This document shows, one piece after another, positions 1-13,217 of a DNA stretch of 64,000 bases. Position 1 is the stretch's first letter, and each line of letters starts with the position of its first letter. Source of the DNA: Rebecca billardiae RCC1528 (Eukaryota; Protista; Haptophyta); contig OZ251251.1 in the NCBI GenBank assembly GCA_965240325.2, positions 868,001-932,000 on the forward strand, read 5' to 3'. The notes below the pieces were generated by a model. That model was not told the origin of the DNA. It made no database searches and saw only the letters and a program-made list of their open reading frames with translations. The position numbers were made by a program, and so were the translations under genes.

Positions 1-746
1 GTGCGCGCGGAGGATCTCGCGGGCGTGGGCGGCGCGTGGCGCGCGCACCCCGGCGCCTCCGCGACCGCGTGCGCGTGCTTCGCCTTCTTCCGAGGGCCGC
101 TCAGCGCGGCGGCGAGCGAGCCCGGCGGCGGCGGCGAGCGCGTTGCGCTGCTCAAGCTGGAGTGCGGGAGCTACGAGGCGCTCGGCGAGGTGCTCGCCCT
201 CGAGCTGTGCGCGGCCATCGGCGCGCACACCCCGCCCGCCCTCCTGCTCGAGCGAGGCAGCGCCGAGTGGGTGGCGTTGGCGCGCGCGCTGCGCGGCGCG
301 GCGCGCACGCCGCGCGCGGCGCCGCACGGCGGCCGCGCGGCGGTGGGCGGCGGCGGCGGCGGCGGCGGCGGTGGCGTGGGCGGCGATGCGGGCGCGGCGC
401 CGCCCGGGCTGGAGGGCTCGGACGCGTGCGTGCTGCTCGGCGTGCCCCGCGCCGAGCCGCTCGACTCCGCCGCCTCCATTGCCCTCTGCAAGGCCGCCGC
501 CGATCCCGCGGCGTTTGCTGCGCGCGCGCTCGGCGGCGCGGCGGCCGCGCTGGTCGCCGATGCTGCGCTGGGCACGGGGCTGCTGCTGCTCGGCGGCGGC
601 GGCGCGGCGGACGGCGCCGCGCACGCGCTCGTGCTCACGCCCGACGGCGACGTGCTGCTGCCGCTGCTGCCTGTGCCGCGCGCGCCGCACGCGCCGCCGC
701 CGCCGCCGCCGCCGCCGCCGGGCGCGGGCGGCGGCGGCGGCGCGGC

Positions 747-778
<32 letters not shown>

Positions 779-2997
779 CGGCGCAGCAGCTGCAGCGGAG
801 GCGGCAGGAGGTGCTCGCCGCGCTGCTCGGGCCGGACCACGGCGCGGCCGCCGTCGCCGCGATGGACGCGGCCGCCGCCGAGCCGGGCGGCACCGCGGCC
901 GCCGCCGCCGAGCGCCGCGCGCCGCCCGCCTCGCCGCCCGCCGCCGCCGCCGCCGCCGCGCCCGCCGCCGCCTCTGACGGCGCGGCGTGGGCGTGGGACG
1001 AGGCGCAGCTGGGCCGCGCGCACGACCTGCTCGACGGGCTCGGGCTGGCGTGGCTGCTCGACGTGCGCGCCACGCGCTCGCTCGACGAGCGCCTCGCCGG
1101 CCCGGCGCCCAGCGCGCACGCGGCGCGCGGCGGCGGCGGCGCGCACTCGGCGCGGCGCGCGCGCGGCGCGGGCGGCGGCGCGCGCGGCGGCGGCGGCGGC
1201 GGCGCGGAGGGCGTGAGCGCGGCGGCGGCGCGCCGGCTGAGCAGCGACGCGGGCGGCCGCGTGCGCGCCTCCCTCGCCGCCTTCCTCGCCGCCGCCGCGC
1301 GCGCCGTCGCCGCCGCCGCCGCCGCGCGCCGCGCGCTGCTGCCGCTGCGCGCCGCGCTGGCCCTCGCCTTTGACCAGACGCGCGCCGAGCTCAAGCCGGG
1401 GCAGCAGGGCGCGGCGGGCGCGGCGGGCGGCGGCGGCGCGCTCGGCGGCGCGAAGGCGGCGGCGCTCGACGCGGCGCGCGCGCGCGTCTCCGCGCTGCTC
1501 GCCGGCGCGGCGGGCGGCGCCGCCGCGGGCGCGACGCGCGAGGGGGCCGCCGCGCGCGCCGCCTCGGCCGCCGCCGCCGCCGCCGCCGGCGCGGCGGCCG
1601 CGGGCGGCGCGGCGCCGCCCTCAGGGCTCGTGGGCGCGGCGCGCCGGCCTGGCTCGGCGGGCGGCTCGCGCCGCGGCTCGCTCGGCGCCGAGCTCGACGC
1701 GGACGAGCGCTGGGCGCTCGCCGAGCTCTCGCGCGCCGTGCGCTCGCGCGTCGCCACCGCCGACGCCGCGGTGGCGCGCGCCGCGCAGCACGCCGGCCTT
1801 GGCGCGCTGCCGAGGCTCGGGCGCGGCGGCGCGGGTGCGGCGGGTGCGGCGGCGCCCGTGCTGCCGTGGGGCGAGGTGCTGCGCGGCTGGGCGGAGCTGC
1901 GCGTGCGGCTCGACACGGCGGGCGCCGCGCTCGCGGGGCTCACGCCGCCGCCGCCGGGCGGCGGCGGCGGCACGGCGCGCGGCGGCGCGGCGCGCGCCGC
2001 GGCGGAGGGCGCGCCGCGCGCGCCGGCGCCCGCGGCGCGCCCGCTCGCGCGCACGCCCACGCCGCCGCGCGGCCACGCGGCGCAGCCGCACGTGCCGCAC
2101 GCGCGCCGCGGCACGCCGCCGCCGCGCCAGCCCGCACCTGCGCCGGCGCCGACGCCCACGCCGCCGCCCGCCGCACCGCCGCACCGCGCGGCGGCGGCTG
2201 CGCCGGCCGTGCCGCCGCCCGAGCCCGCGCGAGCCCGCCCGGCCCCCGTCGCCGTGGGCGGCGGCGGCGGCGGCGCCGAGCGCGCGGCGCGCGGCAGCGG
2301 TGGCGGCAGCGGCACCTCCGCCGCCTCCTCCGCCACCGGCTCCGCCGCCGCCTCGCCGCGGCCGGGCGGCGGCAGCGCGCGCTCGGCCGGCGGCGCGGCC
2401 CGCTCGACGTCCGCGACGCCGCAGTCCTCGCCCTCGCGGCTGGCCCTGCCCGAGGGCGCATCGCCTGTGCCGCGCAGCTGGGTGACAAGCAGCCCCACGC
2501 GCGCGCGCGGGGGCGCGGCCGACGCCGCCGCTGGCAGCGCCGCACGCGCGCCGGCGCCACCCACCGCGTCCTCCGCCTCGCCCGCCTCCGCGCTGGCGGC
2601 GGCGGCGGCGCGCACGGAGGCGGCGCGCGTCGTGGCGCGCGGCGCGGTGGCGGCCGCGTTCGATGCGCTCGGCCTCGGCAGCGCGCACGCCGGGGCCGCC
2701 GAGCGGCCCGCGGGCGTGGGGGCCTCCGACGCGCGCGGGCGTGACGCCCAGCCGGCGGCGGGCGCGGCCTCGGCCGGCGCTGCGCCCTGGGCAGCCGGCG
2801 GCGCGTCAGCGACCACCGCGCCGATGCGCGACGCGGAGGCGGAGGCGGAGGCGGGCGGCGGCGCGTCGGAAGCGAGGCGGACGGCGGCGCGCGAGGCGGC
2901 GAGGGTGCTGCTCCGCTCCGCGAGCGAGGAGGCGATGCTGCGGATGATGGGAGCGCGCGCCGGGGCGCACTCGCAGCCGGCGGTCGCGTCAAGCTGA
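1..2997 (+). CDS. 5'-truncated low-complexity protein with a divergent actin-fragmin kinase/PHS1-like N-terminal segment
   Basis: Frame is open from the window edge to TGA at 2995-2997. 'CFAFFRGP...VALLKLECGSYEALGEVLALELCAAIGAHTPPALLLERGSAEW' recalls the N-lobe of actin-fragmin kinase/PHS1-type atypical kinases. The rest is Ala/Gly/Pro-rich. Confidence 0.5.
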
Positions 2998-5900
2998 TCG
3001 AGGCTTAGCGCTGTAGTGACTGCTGTGTCATGTCGGGTGCGCCGTCAGCATGACGCAGCTAGCAGTTATACTCAGTAGGTGGGTCCCTCCCAACTGGGGC
3101 GATATTCTGGCGCACTCAGAATGACGTCCCATAGATTTTGTCTCTCACCCAGAATCGACGCTATAATAAATGCGTCGACGCTATATATATAAATGATGCG
3201 TCCCATCGGGGCGGAGCAAAAGTTTCGACGACCTCAAAACCTACTCCGCGTGCCATCGCGCGGCCGAGCGCGCGCGCGCCGCGCCAGTAGTGTCTAGTAG
3301 AGATTTTGCGAAGCGTTACTTCATGGTTATGGTGGCTAGATGGCGACATGCGATCGCAATTACTTATTGACAACCGTTGACACCCGACCGAACCATTTTA
3401 TGAAGCAAAGAGTGGGGCTCTATGCTGTGCGCGGATACCTCCAACAAACTACAGCAAGATCGAACAGATTACCCACTTTGTATATAGCCAATTACCCGTA
3501 TATATAACGACGGTTACCCACTTTATATTGACCATGGATGTGATGGCTCACTATATATTCAAATTGGTTCCGATATGTGGGTGCCACGTTTGTTGGGTCA
3601 TCGAATAGGCGCCGAGCGACGCGGACACAGGCAACCCGGGCCGCAACCGGACTGCCTGCGAGTGGCAGTGTTTGTGGCGGGCTGCGTGCCGAGGCACACA
3701 CCATCGCCCGCCACCGAGCATGCCACCGTCGTCACACGGGAGCCCTCCGCCGTCGAGGCTGGACTATCAGCCAACGCCACCGCCGGAGCTTGCCGCGTTC
3801 GGCGGCTTCCGTGCTCGTACTCCGCGTGTCACCGGTCGTCGTATGCCCACCCGCGTGAGGCCGCCACCAGTCCATGACTACCGCAGCTGCAGCCCATGCC
3901 GCCGACGATGCCTCCTACCATCTTCTCGCCAGGCAGCAATACGATAGGTTCACCGACGCTGCTGCTAGGCTGAGAGCACTCAGCCAGTTGGCCGGCGAGA
4001 CGTCAGATGGTTGAGCTGCTGGCCTAGCCATCACGTTGCGGCTTCCGCTCGCTCAAGTACACCCAACGTGACGACGAGAACGTGCCGGGCAATCATCAGA
4101 CATGCGTCTGAGGGGTCTACTACGCCTAGCCGTAGAGTTGCTGAGTACGAGTCTTCGCAGACCACAAGCGGAACGAGTGGGACCACCCAATGGCAGGAGC
4201 AACAGCGTGGGGTGGCACCCGCGCCTGTCAACGCGACCGCGTTCTGTCAAGAATGGACCCATATCCTGCGACCACCCTCGAGCACCGCATACTATGCCCA
4301 CACTCGGCATAGGGAAGGATCGCTGAGCGCCTGCTGCCGCTGTCAAAGGCCCTGCTGATCTTCCTGGCGCTGGATCGTGCACACGGATGGCAAGTCGGCG
4401 TGCTCGCCGCACATCGCGGCGGCTTCTCAGCATCCCAAGTCCTCAGTGCACCCATCCTAGGCCTGCTGGTCGATGATTGGTACCAACCCCCACCAAACAC
4501 GCCCTCTCGGAAGTCGCCAATCGCTCACATGGCTCCCCGAGAGCCCGGGGCTGGCTGTCGTGCGTTCTCACGAGCAGCTTGCGCACAGCCCAAATGTCAC
4601 CTTCACGGTGCGTTGAGCTGCTCAAGATGGCGGGAGCGTCAAGAGCATGCCCGTGCACGACACTGGCCCATGCCTCCCGTCGCCTGACCCGCATGTGGCA
4701 AAAACTGACCCTGCTCGAAGGCACGGGTCGAACACCCGCCGATCGATTCAAGTTGTCTGTACGCGTCTAGCCGGGCGAGAGTCGAACATGCGGGCACGTG
4801 CCAGGCGGGGGATGTGTGACCACGGATCCCATCCGTGAGCACGCGCAAAGCGCTGGAGCGCGCGATAGGTGTTGGCTGTGGTCTACCCGACACACGGCGG
4901 CTCGGTCGCGCTGGAGAGGCGCTCCGACATCGTCGGGAGCGTTCAGATCGGACCTCGGCCGGCGGCCCGGCGATTTTCCCGAGCCGCGCCCCGCGCGAAA
5001 GAAATCAGGCCGCCAGAAAACCCGGTAAATGTTTAAAAGACCGCTGGAAAATCGCCAGGGACCCACCTATTTAGCGCATGTCGTTGCGATTCCGCACTAT
5101 ACCTGTTTGTTGACGCTTTTCGTCGCGTAGTACTTTACGCCCATCCGCTCCCACGCGCGCAGCGATGATTGCCTGCGTAGTAAGTCTCTCCGTGCTTTCG
5201 CAATAATCATCATCGTCGGACGGGTGCACTCTGAGAAAGCCACCGTGCCGGCCGCCGCGTGCGCTCGGCACATGCGAGAGTATGACGAACGAGCTCAGCG
5301 CGCTGCTGCAGGAGGCGATGGCCGCGCGCGACACTGCGAATGGCGCTCAGCCGGTGTGGCTCGACGACTGACGTCGCCGGCACGCGCCCCGGCTCACACG
5401 ACACACAGTGCGCGGCGAAAGTCAGCTCGACCCGGCGCCCGATCACGATGCCATCGGCATCGTCGACGTCGCGAGGTACTGCGCCGATCTGGCGGAGATC
5501 CAGCGGCACGTGGCGGCGATCAAATAGCTGCACGCGCATCAGATGGCGTGCACGAACGGTCTCATCGGCTCATGGGTATACCCGGGCAACGGCACACGGC
5601 ACACACTGAGTAGTGATGAGTGCACACGCGCGAGATCAGCTCGTACCGTACCATTCACCATACGCCACCCGCTCCGCCGCGTGCTGCTGTCCAGCAGGGC
5701 GTGCGGAGGGCAACGCGCGCTGGCTGGGCAACGGCGCTGCCCGTCTCGGCGGCATCGCGAGTGCTTCGGGGCGTCGCTTCCGCCTCATCAGCCAGGACTA
5801 GGAGTGTGTGCGGGATCGGATCCCTCATCCCCTGTAAGCGGCGGGCAGCAAGAGAAGGCGGCTCACTGGCCGGCGCAGCGCAGTCAGCATGAACCGCGGA

Positions 5901-6395
5901 TGAGGCCACGGCCGCCTCGTGCTGAACGCGTTCAGCGGCGCAGTGACGATGGCAGTATCGGCGGTAGGCCGGCTGCCGCGTTGCGACGCCGCGACTTTGG
6001 CGCACCGCCCGCCGCCGGGGCGACGGGCTCAGGGCTGCCGCGCAGTGAACCGGCCTGCCGCGGAGAGTGCAGCCCTGTGGCGCGCTCGGCGCGGCAGCCG
6101 GCCCGGTGGAGGCCTCGCGGAGAGCTGGGATGGGTGCGAGGCAGCGCAGCCGGCCTCGGTGCGTAGCCGCGCCCTGCGCTGGATGGCGTGCGGTGCCTGC
6201 CGCTCGGGCTGGCAGGGCGCCATTGTTTGTGATTCTCCCGCTCGCCAGTGGGCAAGTCGGCCGATCCGGCCCGGGATGCACAGGAGCTTGCAGCCGGAGC
6301 GCCGCCGCCAGCAGCGCTTCGTCGGCGCCGCCGCCGCCCAAACGCAGCGGCGCGCGCCCGGCCCGCTCGGCGCGCGCGCGGCGCGCGGGGCCGCG

Positions 6396-8626
6396 ATGCA
6401 GCGGCTGATGGACGCGGCGTCGCGCGAGGAGATGATCCCCGGCGGCGTCCTCCCGCGCCCGCCCCTCGCCGCCTGCCTCCTCCTCTGCCTCCTCGCGCCG
6501 CTCGGCGCGGCCCTCGCGCTGCTGCTCGCGCGCGCGCCGGTCGGGCTCGCGCGCGCGCCGCCGTGCCCGTTCCGGGACGCGGGCGGGTGCGCGGCGCTGG
6601 TGGCGCACATGCGGCCGAAGGACGAGTCGCTCGCCTGGCTCGCGATGTCCGACTGGGGCGGCTCGCCCGTCGCCGAGTGGGACTTTGCGACGCCGGCCGA
6701 GAGCGGCGTGGCCGCGCAGATGGCGGCCGCCGTGCGCTCGGCGGGCGCGCGCTTCGCGCTCGCGCTGGGGAACAACTTCTACGACGACGGGGTGCGCTCG
6801 GAGCACGACCCGCGCTTCCGCGCCACCTTCGAGCAGGTCTTCCACCAGCCCGCCCTCGTCGCGAGGCGCGACTTCTTCCGCGTCGCGCTGGGCAACGTGG
6901 ACTACCACACGGGGCGCGGCGCCAACACGAGTGCGCAGATGGCGTACGCGGCGCGCCGGCGGAACTGGTACTTCCCGCGGCCGTACTACAGCTTCGTCGA
7001 GCGCGTCCCCGGCCGCGCCGCCGGCCGCGTCCAGTTCGTCGTGCTCGACACCACCGCGCTCGTCGGCTGCGCGGCGGAGCCGGGCTCGGGCGCGGCGCGC
7101 ACGGGCGGCGACGGCGCGCGCCCGCCGAGCGCGTTCAGCGGCGCGGCGGCGGCGGCGGGGGCGAACGGCTCGGGCGTCGGGCTGGGCGCGGGCGCGGGGT
7201 GGTACGCGCCCACGCGCGAGGCGGACATCTGCCCGCAGGGGCCGCGCGCGCACGCGGCGGGCGAGGCCGACAGGCCGCCGCCGCCGCCGCCGCGCGGCCG
7301 GCGCGGCCGCGGCGGCCGGCGCGGCGCGCCCGCCGCCGCCGCCGCCGCCGCCGCGCGGCCGACGCCCGCGCCCACGCCGGCGCCGCGTGCGGCCGAGCTC
7401 GGCGACGCGCCCCCCGCGCAGTACGCCGGCCCGTGGGACGCGCAGGCCGCGGAGGCGCAGTGGGCGTGGCTGGAGGCCACACTGGCAGACTCGACTGCTG
7501 ACTTTCTGGTCGTCGCTGGCCACCACCCGGTGCGGGGCGGGGGCGGGGGCGGGGCGTGGGGCGTGGGCCGGGGCACTCCACCCGGTGAGGGCACGGTGGG
7601 GGACGGCTGCGCGGGGCTGGGCGCGCGGGGGGCAGGCGCGTGCGCTGGCGCGGGCAGGGCGGCCTGCGCGCGCGAGCCCGCCGGGCCGCGGTGTGCGGCG
7701 CGCGGCCAGCCCCGCGCAGCAGCAGCAGCAGCAGCAGCACGCCACCGGCTGAGCCGCCCCCCGCCATGCCCCCCCGCCCTCCACCCCCCCCCCCGCAGGT
7801 GTTCAGCACGTGCTGGCACGGCCCCACGCCGCTGCTCGTCTCCAGACTCGCCCCGCTGCTGGCCGCGCACCGCGTGAGCGTCTACCTGGCGGGGCACGAG
7901 CTGTGCGCCGAGCACGTCGCCATGCCGAGCGCGCGCGGGCAGGGGGGCGGGCAGGCCGGGCAGGGCGTGCAGTACCACGTGCTGGGCGGCGCGCACGGGA
8001 TCGAGCTGGGCCGGCGGCACTGGGCCTCCGTGCCGCGCGAGGCGGTGGCGTGGAGCATGGCCAGCCTCGGCGCGGGCGGCAGCGCGCGCGTGCTCGACCT
8101 CAGGCTGGGCGCGTTTGCGCTGCTGAGCGCGTGGGTGGAGGAGGGGGGCGGCGCGGACGGCGCGGACGAGCCGCGCGCGGACTCGGAGGCGGAGCCCGCC
8201 GCGCCGCCCGCCGCGCGGCGCGGGGGCCTGCTCGTGAGCCACGTCTCGAGCGACGGCGGGCTGCTGTACACCGCGCCGCCCGTGCCGCCGCGCGAGCTGA
8301 GCGCGGCGGCGAGGGCGAGGCGGCGGCGCGAGGAGGGGCTGCGCGCCGCCGCGCCGGGCTCGGCGCACGCGCAGCTGCTCGGCGCCGCCGCGCCCGGCGC
8401 CGACGGCGGCCTGGTCGCGCCGCGCACGGGCGAGGTCGACGAGAGCGAGCTGGGCGGCGGCGAGGAGGCGGAGGAGGCGGTGGAGGTGCCGGCGGCGCTG
8501 CCGGGGCTGAGCCGGGGCGCGGCGCTGTCCGCGTGGTCCGGGGCGCTCGTGGCCGAGCGCGCGGCCGCCGCCACCGGCGCGCGGGGGGCGAGACGCCGCG
8601 CGCGGCGTCACCGCCGCCGCCGCTGA
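6396..8626 (+). CDS. Purple/tartrate-resistant acid phosphatase (ACP5-like) metallophosphoesterase; 2 exons (6396-7529, 7799-8626)
   Basis: Motifs SDWGG, LGNNFYDDGV, LGNVDY, WYFPRPYYSF, FVVLDT, QWAWLEATL, VVAGHHP|VFS and YLAGHEL. GT..AG intron 7530-7798 joins HHP to VFS in frame. N-terminal hydrophobic anchor. Start uncertain (6396, 6408 or 6432). Confidence 0.85.
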
Positions 8627-8893
8627 GCGAGTCGTCCGTCGGAGAGGCGACACACTGTGTGTGAGGCCCACGCGTGTATGTGGTCATTCACAGTGTGTAC
8701 ATAGTAGTACTACTATGGCGAAGATAACCACCGGAATGATAGCATCATTGAACACTCGCAGCGCGTCCCAACGAACTGGCGGGTTTGATGGCGGTGGAAT
8801 TCCGATCGAATTTCTGATTTCCCTCATCACCCTTGGCCGAGCGGACTCCCTGGCACGGACGCGCGCATCAGGGCTCAGGCGCCTCTTCTCAGC

Positions 8894-9886
8894 ATGTCCG
8901 TGACCGCCGCCGCGCGCCGATTCTCCGCGTCCGCGCTGCTCGCCGCGCGCCCGCGCGTGCCGCCGCCGCGCGCGACGCTCGCACGACGAGTGGTCGGCGG
9001 CGCGCGCACACCCGCCTGGCGCGGCCTCTCCTCCGCGCCCACGCCGCCGCCGCCGCCGCCGTCCGACGGTGGCGGCGGCGGCGGCGGCAGCGCTGGTGGC
9101 GAGCGCGGCGGTGGCGGCGGCTCGGCCGGGCCGACGCGGCGCACGCCGATCAGCTGGCTCTCGCTCGGGCTGACGGCGGCGTCCGCCGCGGGCCTGTACG
9201 CCTACTACCGCGCGACGCTCGAGTCCAAGCTGCACAGCGTCAAGACGACCGGCACCGCCGCGCTCGGCGGTCCGTTCTCGCTGACTGAGCCGAGCGGCGC
9301 GCGCGTGACGGAGGAGGCGCTGAAGGGGCGGTGGTCGATCCTGTACTTCGGGTTCACCAAGTGCCCCGACATCTGCCCCGACGAGCTCGAGAAGCTCACC
9401 GCCGTCGTCCACGCCATCGACGCGTCCGGCCGACTGTCGCCCCCGCTGCTGCCCCTCTTTGTGACCATCGACCCGCTGCGGGACACGGCGGAGCGGCTGG
9501 GGGCGTACTTCAAGGCAGGGGCGCACCCGTACCACCCGAGGATGGTCGCGCTGACGGGGAGCCCGCAGGACATCGAGGCCGTCGCGCGCGCCTACCGCAT
9601 CTACTACTCCAAGCCCACGCCCGCCGAGGCGCAGTCGGGCGACTACTTATTGGACCACTCTATAATCATGTACCTGCTCGACCCCAACGGGCAGTTCGTG
9701 GCCTTCTACGGGAAGAACTTCTCGGCGCAGGAGGTGAGCGCGAAGGCGCTGGCGGAGATCGGCAAGTGGCAGGCCGAGCACACGCCCACGCCCGCCCAGC
9801 GCGCGCTGCGCGCCGTCGACGGCGCGCTCGCGCAGCTCGGCTCGCTGCTGCTCGGCGGCGGCGGCGCGCGCGCGGGCGAGCGCTGA
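8894..9886 (+). CDS. SCO1: SCO1/SenC cytochrome c oxidase copper chaperone, mitochondrial
   Basis: Arg/Ser-rich transit peptide, single TM segment, GGPFSL, YFGFTKCPDICPDEL (CxxxC), and DYLLDHSIIMYLLDPNGQF with the conserved His. Confidence 0.95.
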   Translation: MSVTAAARRFSASALLAARPRVPPPRATLARRVVGGARTPAWRGLSSAPTPPPPPPSDGGGGGGGSAGGERGGGGGSAGPTRRTPISWLSLGLTAASAAGLYAYYRATLESKLHSVKTTGTAALGGPFSLTEPSGARVTEEALKGRWSILYFGFTKCPDICPDELEKLTAVVHAIDASGRLSPPLLPLFVTIDPLRDTAERLGAYFKAGAHPYHPRMVALTGSPQDIEAVARAYRIYYSKPTPAEAQSGDYLLDHSIIMYLLDPNGQFVAFYGKNFSAQEVSAKALAEIGKWQAEHTPTPAQRALRAVDGALAQLGSLLLGGGGARAGER

Positions 9887-10110
9887 GCGCCTGGGCGCCG
9901 CCCCCGACGCCGCGGCTCCCGCCCGGCCCTGCTGGGAGCCCGGGGCAAGGGTGGCTTCTTCGCGCGCGGCTCCAAAGGGGGAGGAGGGTGGCGGGCCGAG
10001 CTGATCGGACCGCCGCCCTGCTGTCCCGCTGACTCGCTCTATCAGAAGACTCTCAGTGTCTCTGAGCGGGCGGCTCACTCAGACTCTGAGCCTGCGGCGG
10101 CGCTCCGGGC

Positions 10111-10203
10111 CGCGGCGGCATCCGTGCCGCGTAGTCGCTGCCGCGTGTCCCAGGCCGAGGCGGTGCTCCATCCCGGCCCCGCTCCCGTATTACGGGGGGG
10201 CAG
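10111..10203 (+). repeat. Dispersed repeat fragment matching 40997-41078
   Basis: Shares 'cccaggccgaggcggtgctccatcccggccccgctcccgta' and flanking similarity with the copy near 41030-41068. Confidence 0.8.
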
Positions 10204-11420
10204 CGGCGGCCCGGTCGGCCCGGGGCCGGTGCGGCGGCACAGCGCCCACCGCGCCCTCCGGCGGGCCCGTAGTCGGACCCGCGCGTGGCCCCGCGACGGC
10301 GGCTAAGAAGGCCGAGCGGCGCGGACGGCGGCATTCACTGCGCCTACAGTATGTATCCGGTCTAGCTATGACTCTATCGGCCGCGAGACAGTGACGAGCT
10401 TTCGTCGTGAGTCTGTCGGACTCTGCTGCCTCGATGATCGTCATCGCCGGACGCGACGACTCGTCACTCGACGATCCGGCCGGACCGGGCGGACGTCCGA
10501 CATATTAATAGGCCTGTTTTATTTCTACCAGATTCCATTTACTATGTCACGGCGACAAACCCGTGCTCGCCAGTGGGAATCGGTGTCACGCCCCGTTGGG
10601 TGTACCTCTCACGGCCGATGGCGGCCCCCACGTGCGCAAGGAATGCGATTCGTGCACTCCTCGGTGACCGGTGAGTGCACGAATCCAGTTGCGGCGCTCG
10701 TCCGCCTCGTCGTTGTCGCACACGAGGTACACCCAACACCATGGGTCGGATCCCAGAACTCTCCGCGCGCTCGCGCCTGCGCGGCACTGGCAGGCTTGTT
10801 CTCATCATCTTGGCCAAGACTGCAGCCTGAAAGATGCGCGAGGACGCGTGTGCACGCCTTTCCGCGCGTCATGGGTGCGCGTGGCACGCACCTTGTAATA
10901 TTATACGCCGAGGAGGCCTGAGCATCCGGCCTACTAACCTTCCGCGATCACGTTCAAATGCAGGCGGCAAGCTGCAAGCAAGCGCACGCCGAACGGAAGC
11001 ATCTCAAGCTCGACAAGGTAGTGGCGGCGGAGCGTTTAGAGCTGGTGGCGATTGCAGTCCATCTGGCTGTGAACTGGTCGCTAACTGACACGGGTGCGAC
11101 GCAGCAGCCAAGGCAGAGTGCTTGCAGCTTGCAGAGGGCCTCCAGCTGCAGCGGTTTGCCGCCGCTCGCCGCCGCTGCATCGTGCACACTGCCGTGCACC
11201 GCGAGTGACCCCTGTGTCAAGGCGAAGCACCACGGCAAGGCGAATCAGCATGTCTGACAACATCCTTCGCCACAGCGCAGCGCCTCAACACGAGAATGCG
11301 CGAATGACGTGCCATCACTTCTCCGGACTAGCTCCGGGGCCCGCACCAGCGGGCAAGCCGCCATTGTACCGCGTCTTGGCGAATGTCGCCTTTGGGCTCT
11401 CGTAGAAATAAAACAGGCCA

Positions 11421-11480
11421 ATATAATATAATATAATATTATTATATTATATTATTATATAATTATTAATTATATGATAT
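11421..11480. repeat. AT-rich low-complexity tract
   Basis: About 60 bp of almost pure A/T (atatataatataatataatattatattata...) in a very GC-rich background. Confidence 0.85.
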
Positions 11481-11820
11481 GCAGCGCGTGATCGTCTAAT
11501 TCTAGCTGCTAAGTGCGGCCCGACGACGGTGTCGGTGGCTACTGAGACTGCGACGCGCATCACGGTGTGCGTGTGTCGCGCGCGTCTCCTAGTCAGTAGT
11601 CCGTCATCAGCGGCAGTGCGGCGTCAGCAGTGATCGGCCCATCGGGCCCGACAAGGGCGACGGCCAACACGCTCCGACGGTGCCCGGCGCCGCCCGCCCG
11701 CCCGGCCGGCGCGCGCGTCCGCGCGCGGCCGCTCGGACCACCCGCCACGCCCGCGTCCCCCAGCCGCCACGCTCGACGCAGCCGTCCAGGCGCGGCGAGC
11801 TCACACGCGCAGCGCGCGGC

Positions 11821-12522
11821 TCAGCCCACAGAGTGATGGCGCGCGCCGTGGCCCGCGCTGCCGCGCGCCGCGGGGCGCGCGCCGCGCGCCTCCGCGCTGA
11901 GCGCGCGCTCGCGCTCCGCCTCGGCGCGCGGCGGCGGCGCGGGCCAGGGCAGGAGCCCCGCTGCCGCCGCGCCCTCGACGCCGCCCGCCTGCGCCGCCTC
12001 CGCCCCCCCTGCCGTGCGCCGCGGCAGCAGCCCCGTCGCCAGCCGGTACAGGTGGCCCGTGTTGGTGCGGTTGCGCGCGGACGCGGCCACGAACGGCAGG
12101 CCGAGATCGCGGGAGATCGCCTCGGCGGTGGGCATGGAGCATGGCGCGACGTCGGTCTTGTTGCACACGAGGACGCACGGCACGGACGCGGCGCGCGCGA
12201 GCGCGCTCGCCGCCGCGTCCGCCGCGCAGCGCGCCGCGCACTCCGCCGCACTCGGCGTTGCGCGCGCCTCGGCCGCGGCGGCGCGCGCCGCGGCCGCCGC
12301 GCCCAGCAGCTGCCGCGCCGCCGCCGCGTAGCCGGCCGCATATGCGAGGAGCGCGTGCGCGGGCTGCAGCGTGTCAGCGACGATCACGACGAGGCGGACC
12401 TCGGCGAGCGCGTCGAGCGACGGCGGCCGCGCGTGCGCCGGCCGCGCCGCCGCGGACGCGTGCGCGGCGGGTGCGCACGGCGCGCACGGGCTGTCCGGTG
12501 CGGTGGCGGGCTGCGTCGCCGC

Positions 12523-12554
<32 letters not shown>

Positions 12555-13186
12555 TGGACGGGCGCGCGTCGTCGGCCGAGGCGGCGCGGGCGCGCGCCGC
12601 CGTGTCGGGCGAGGGCGGCGGCGAGGCGTGCGTGACGGAGGAGGAGGAGGAGGGCGGTGTCTCGTCGCACCAGTCCGGCCCGCCGAGCGCGCGGCCGGTG
12701 CGCGCCGCGGCGGCGACGGCGGCGGGCGCGGCGGCGGCGGCGGCCGAGCCGCCGAGCCCGGCGGCGGGCGCGCGCGCCGGCGAGGCAGCGCCGCTGTCGG
12801 CGCCGAGCGCGGCGGCGGCAGGCGGCGGCAGCGGCAGCGGCGGCGGCAGCGCGCCCTCCGCGCCCCCGTCCGCGCCCCCCACCGAGCGCCCGCTGCCGAC
12901 GGGCGGCAGCGGCGGGCTCGGCGCTCGCGAGCCGCGCGAGCCACCCGCGGCCGCGGTGCGCAGCCCAAGCTGCAGCAGCGAGGCCAGCGCACCGGCGATG
13001 GAGCTGGCGCTGCCTGTGCTGCTGGCGCGGGCGGCGGCGCCGCCCTCGCCGCCGTCCGCGCCGTCTGGCGCGCGCTCCGCCCACCAACGCGCCGCGCCGC
13101 GCGGCACCGCAGCGGAGCCCGAGCCGCGCCTGCTGCCGCCGCCGCCACCGCCACCGCCGCCGCCCGCGCCGCCGCCAGCCGCGCCG

Positions 13187-13217
<31 letters not shown>

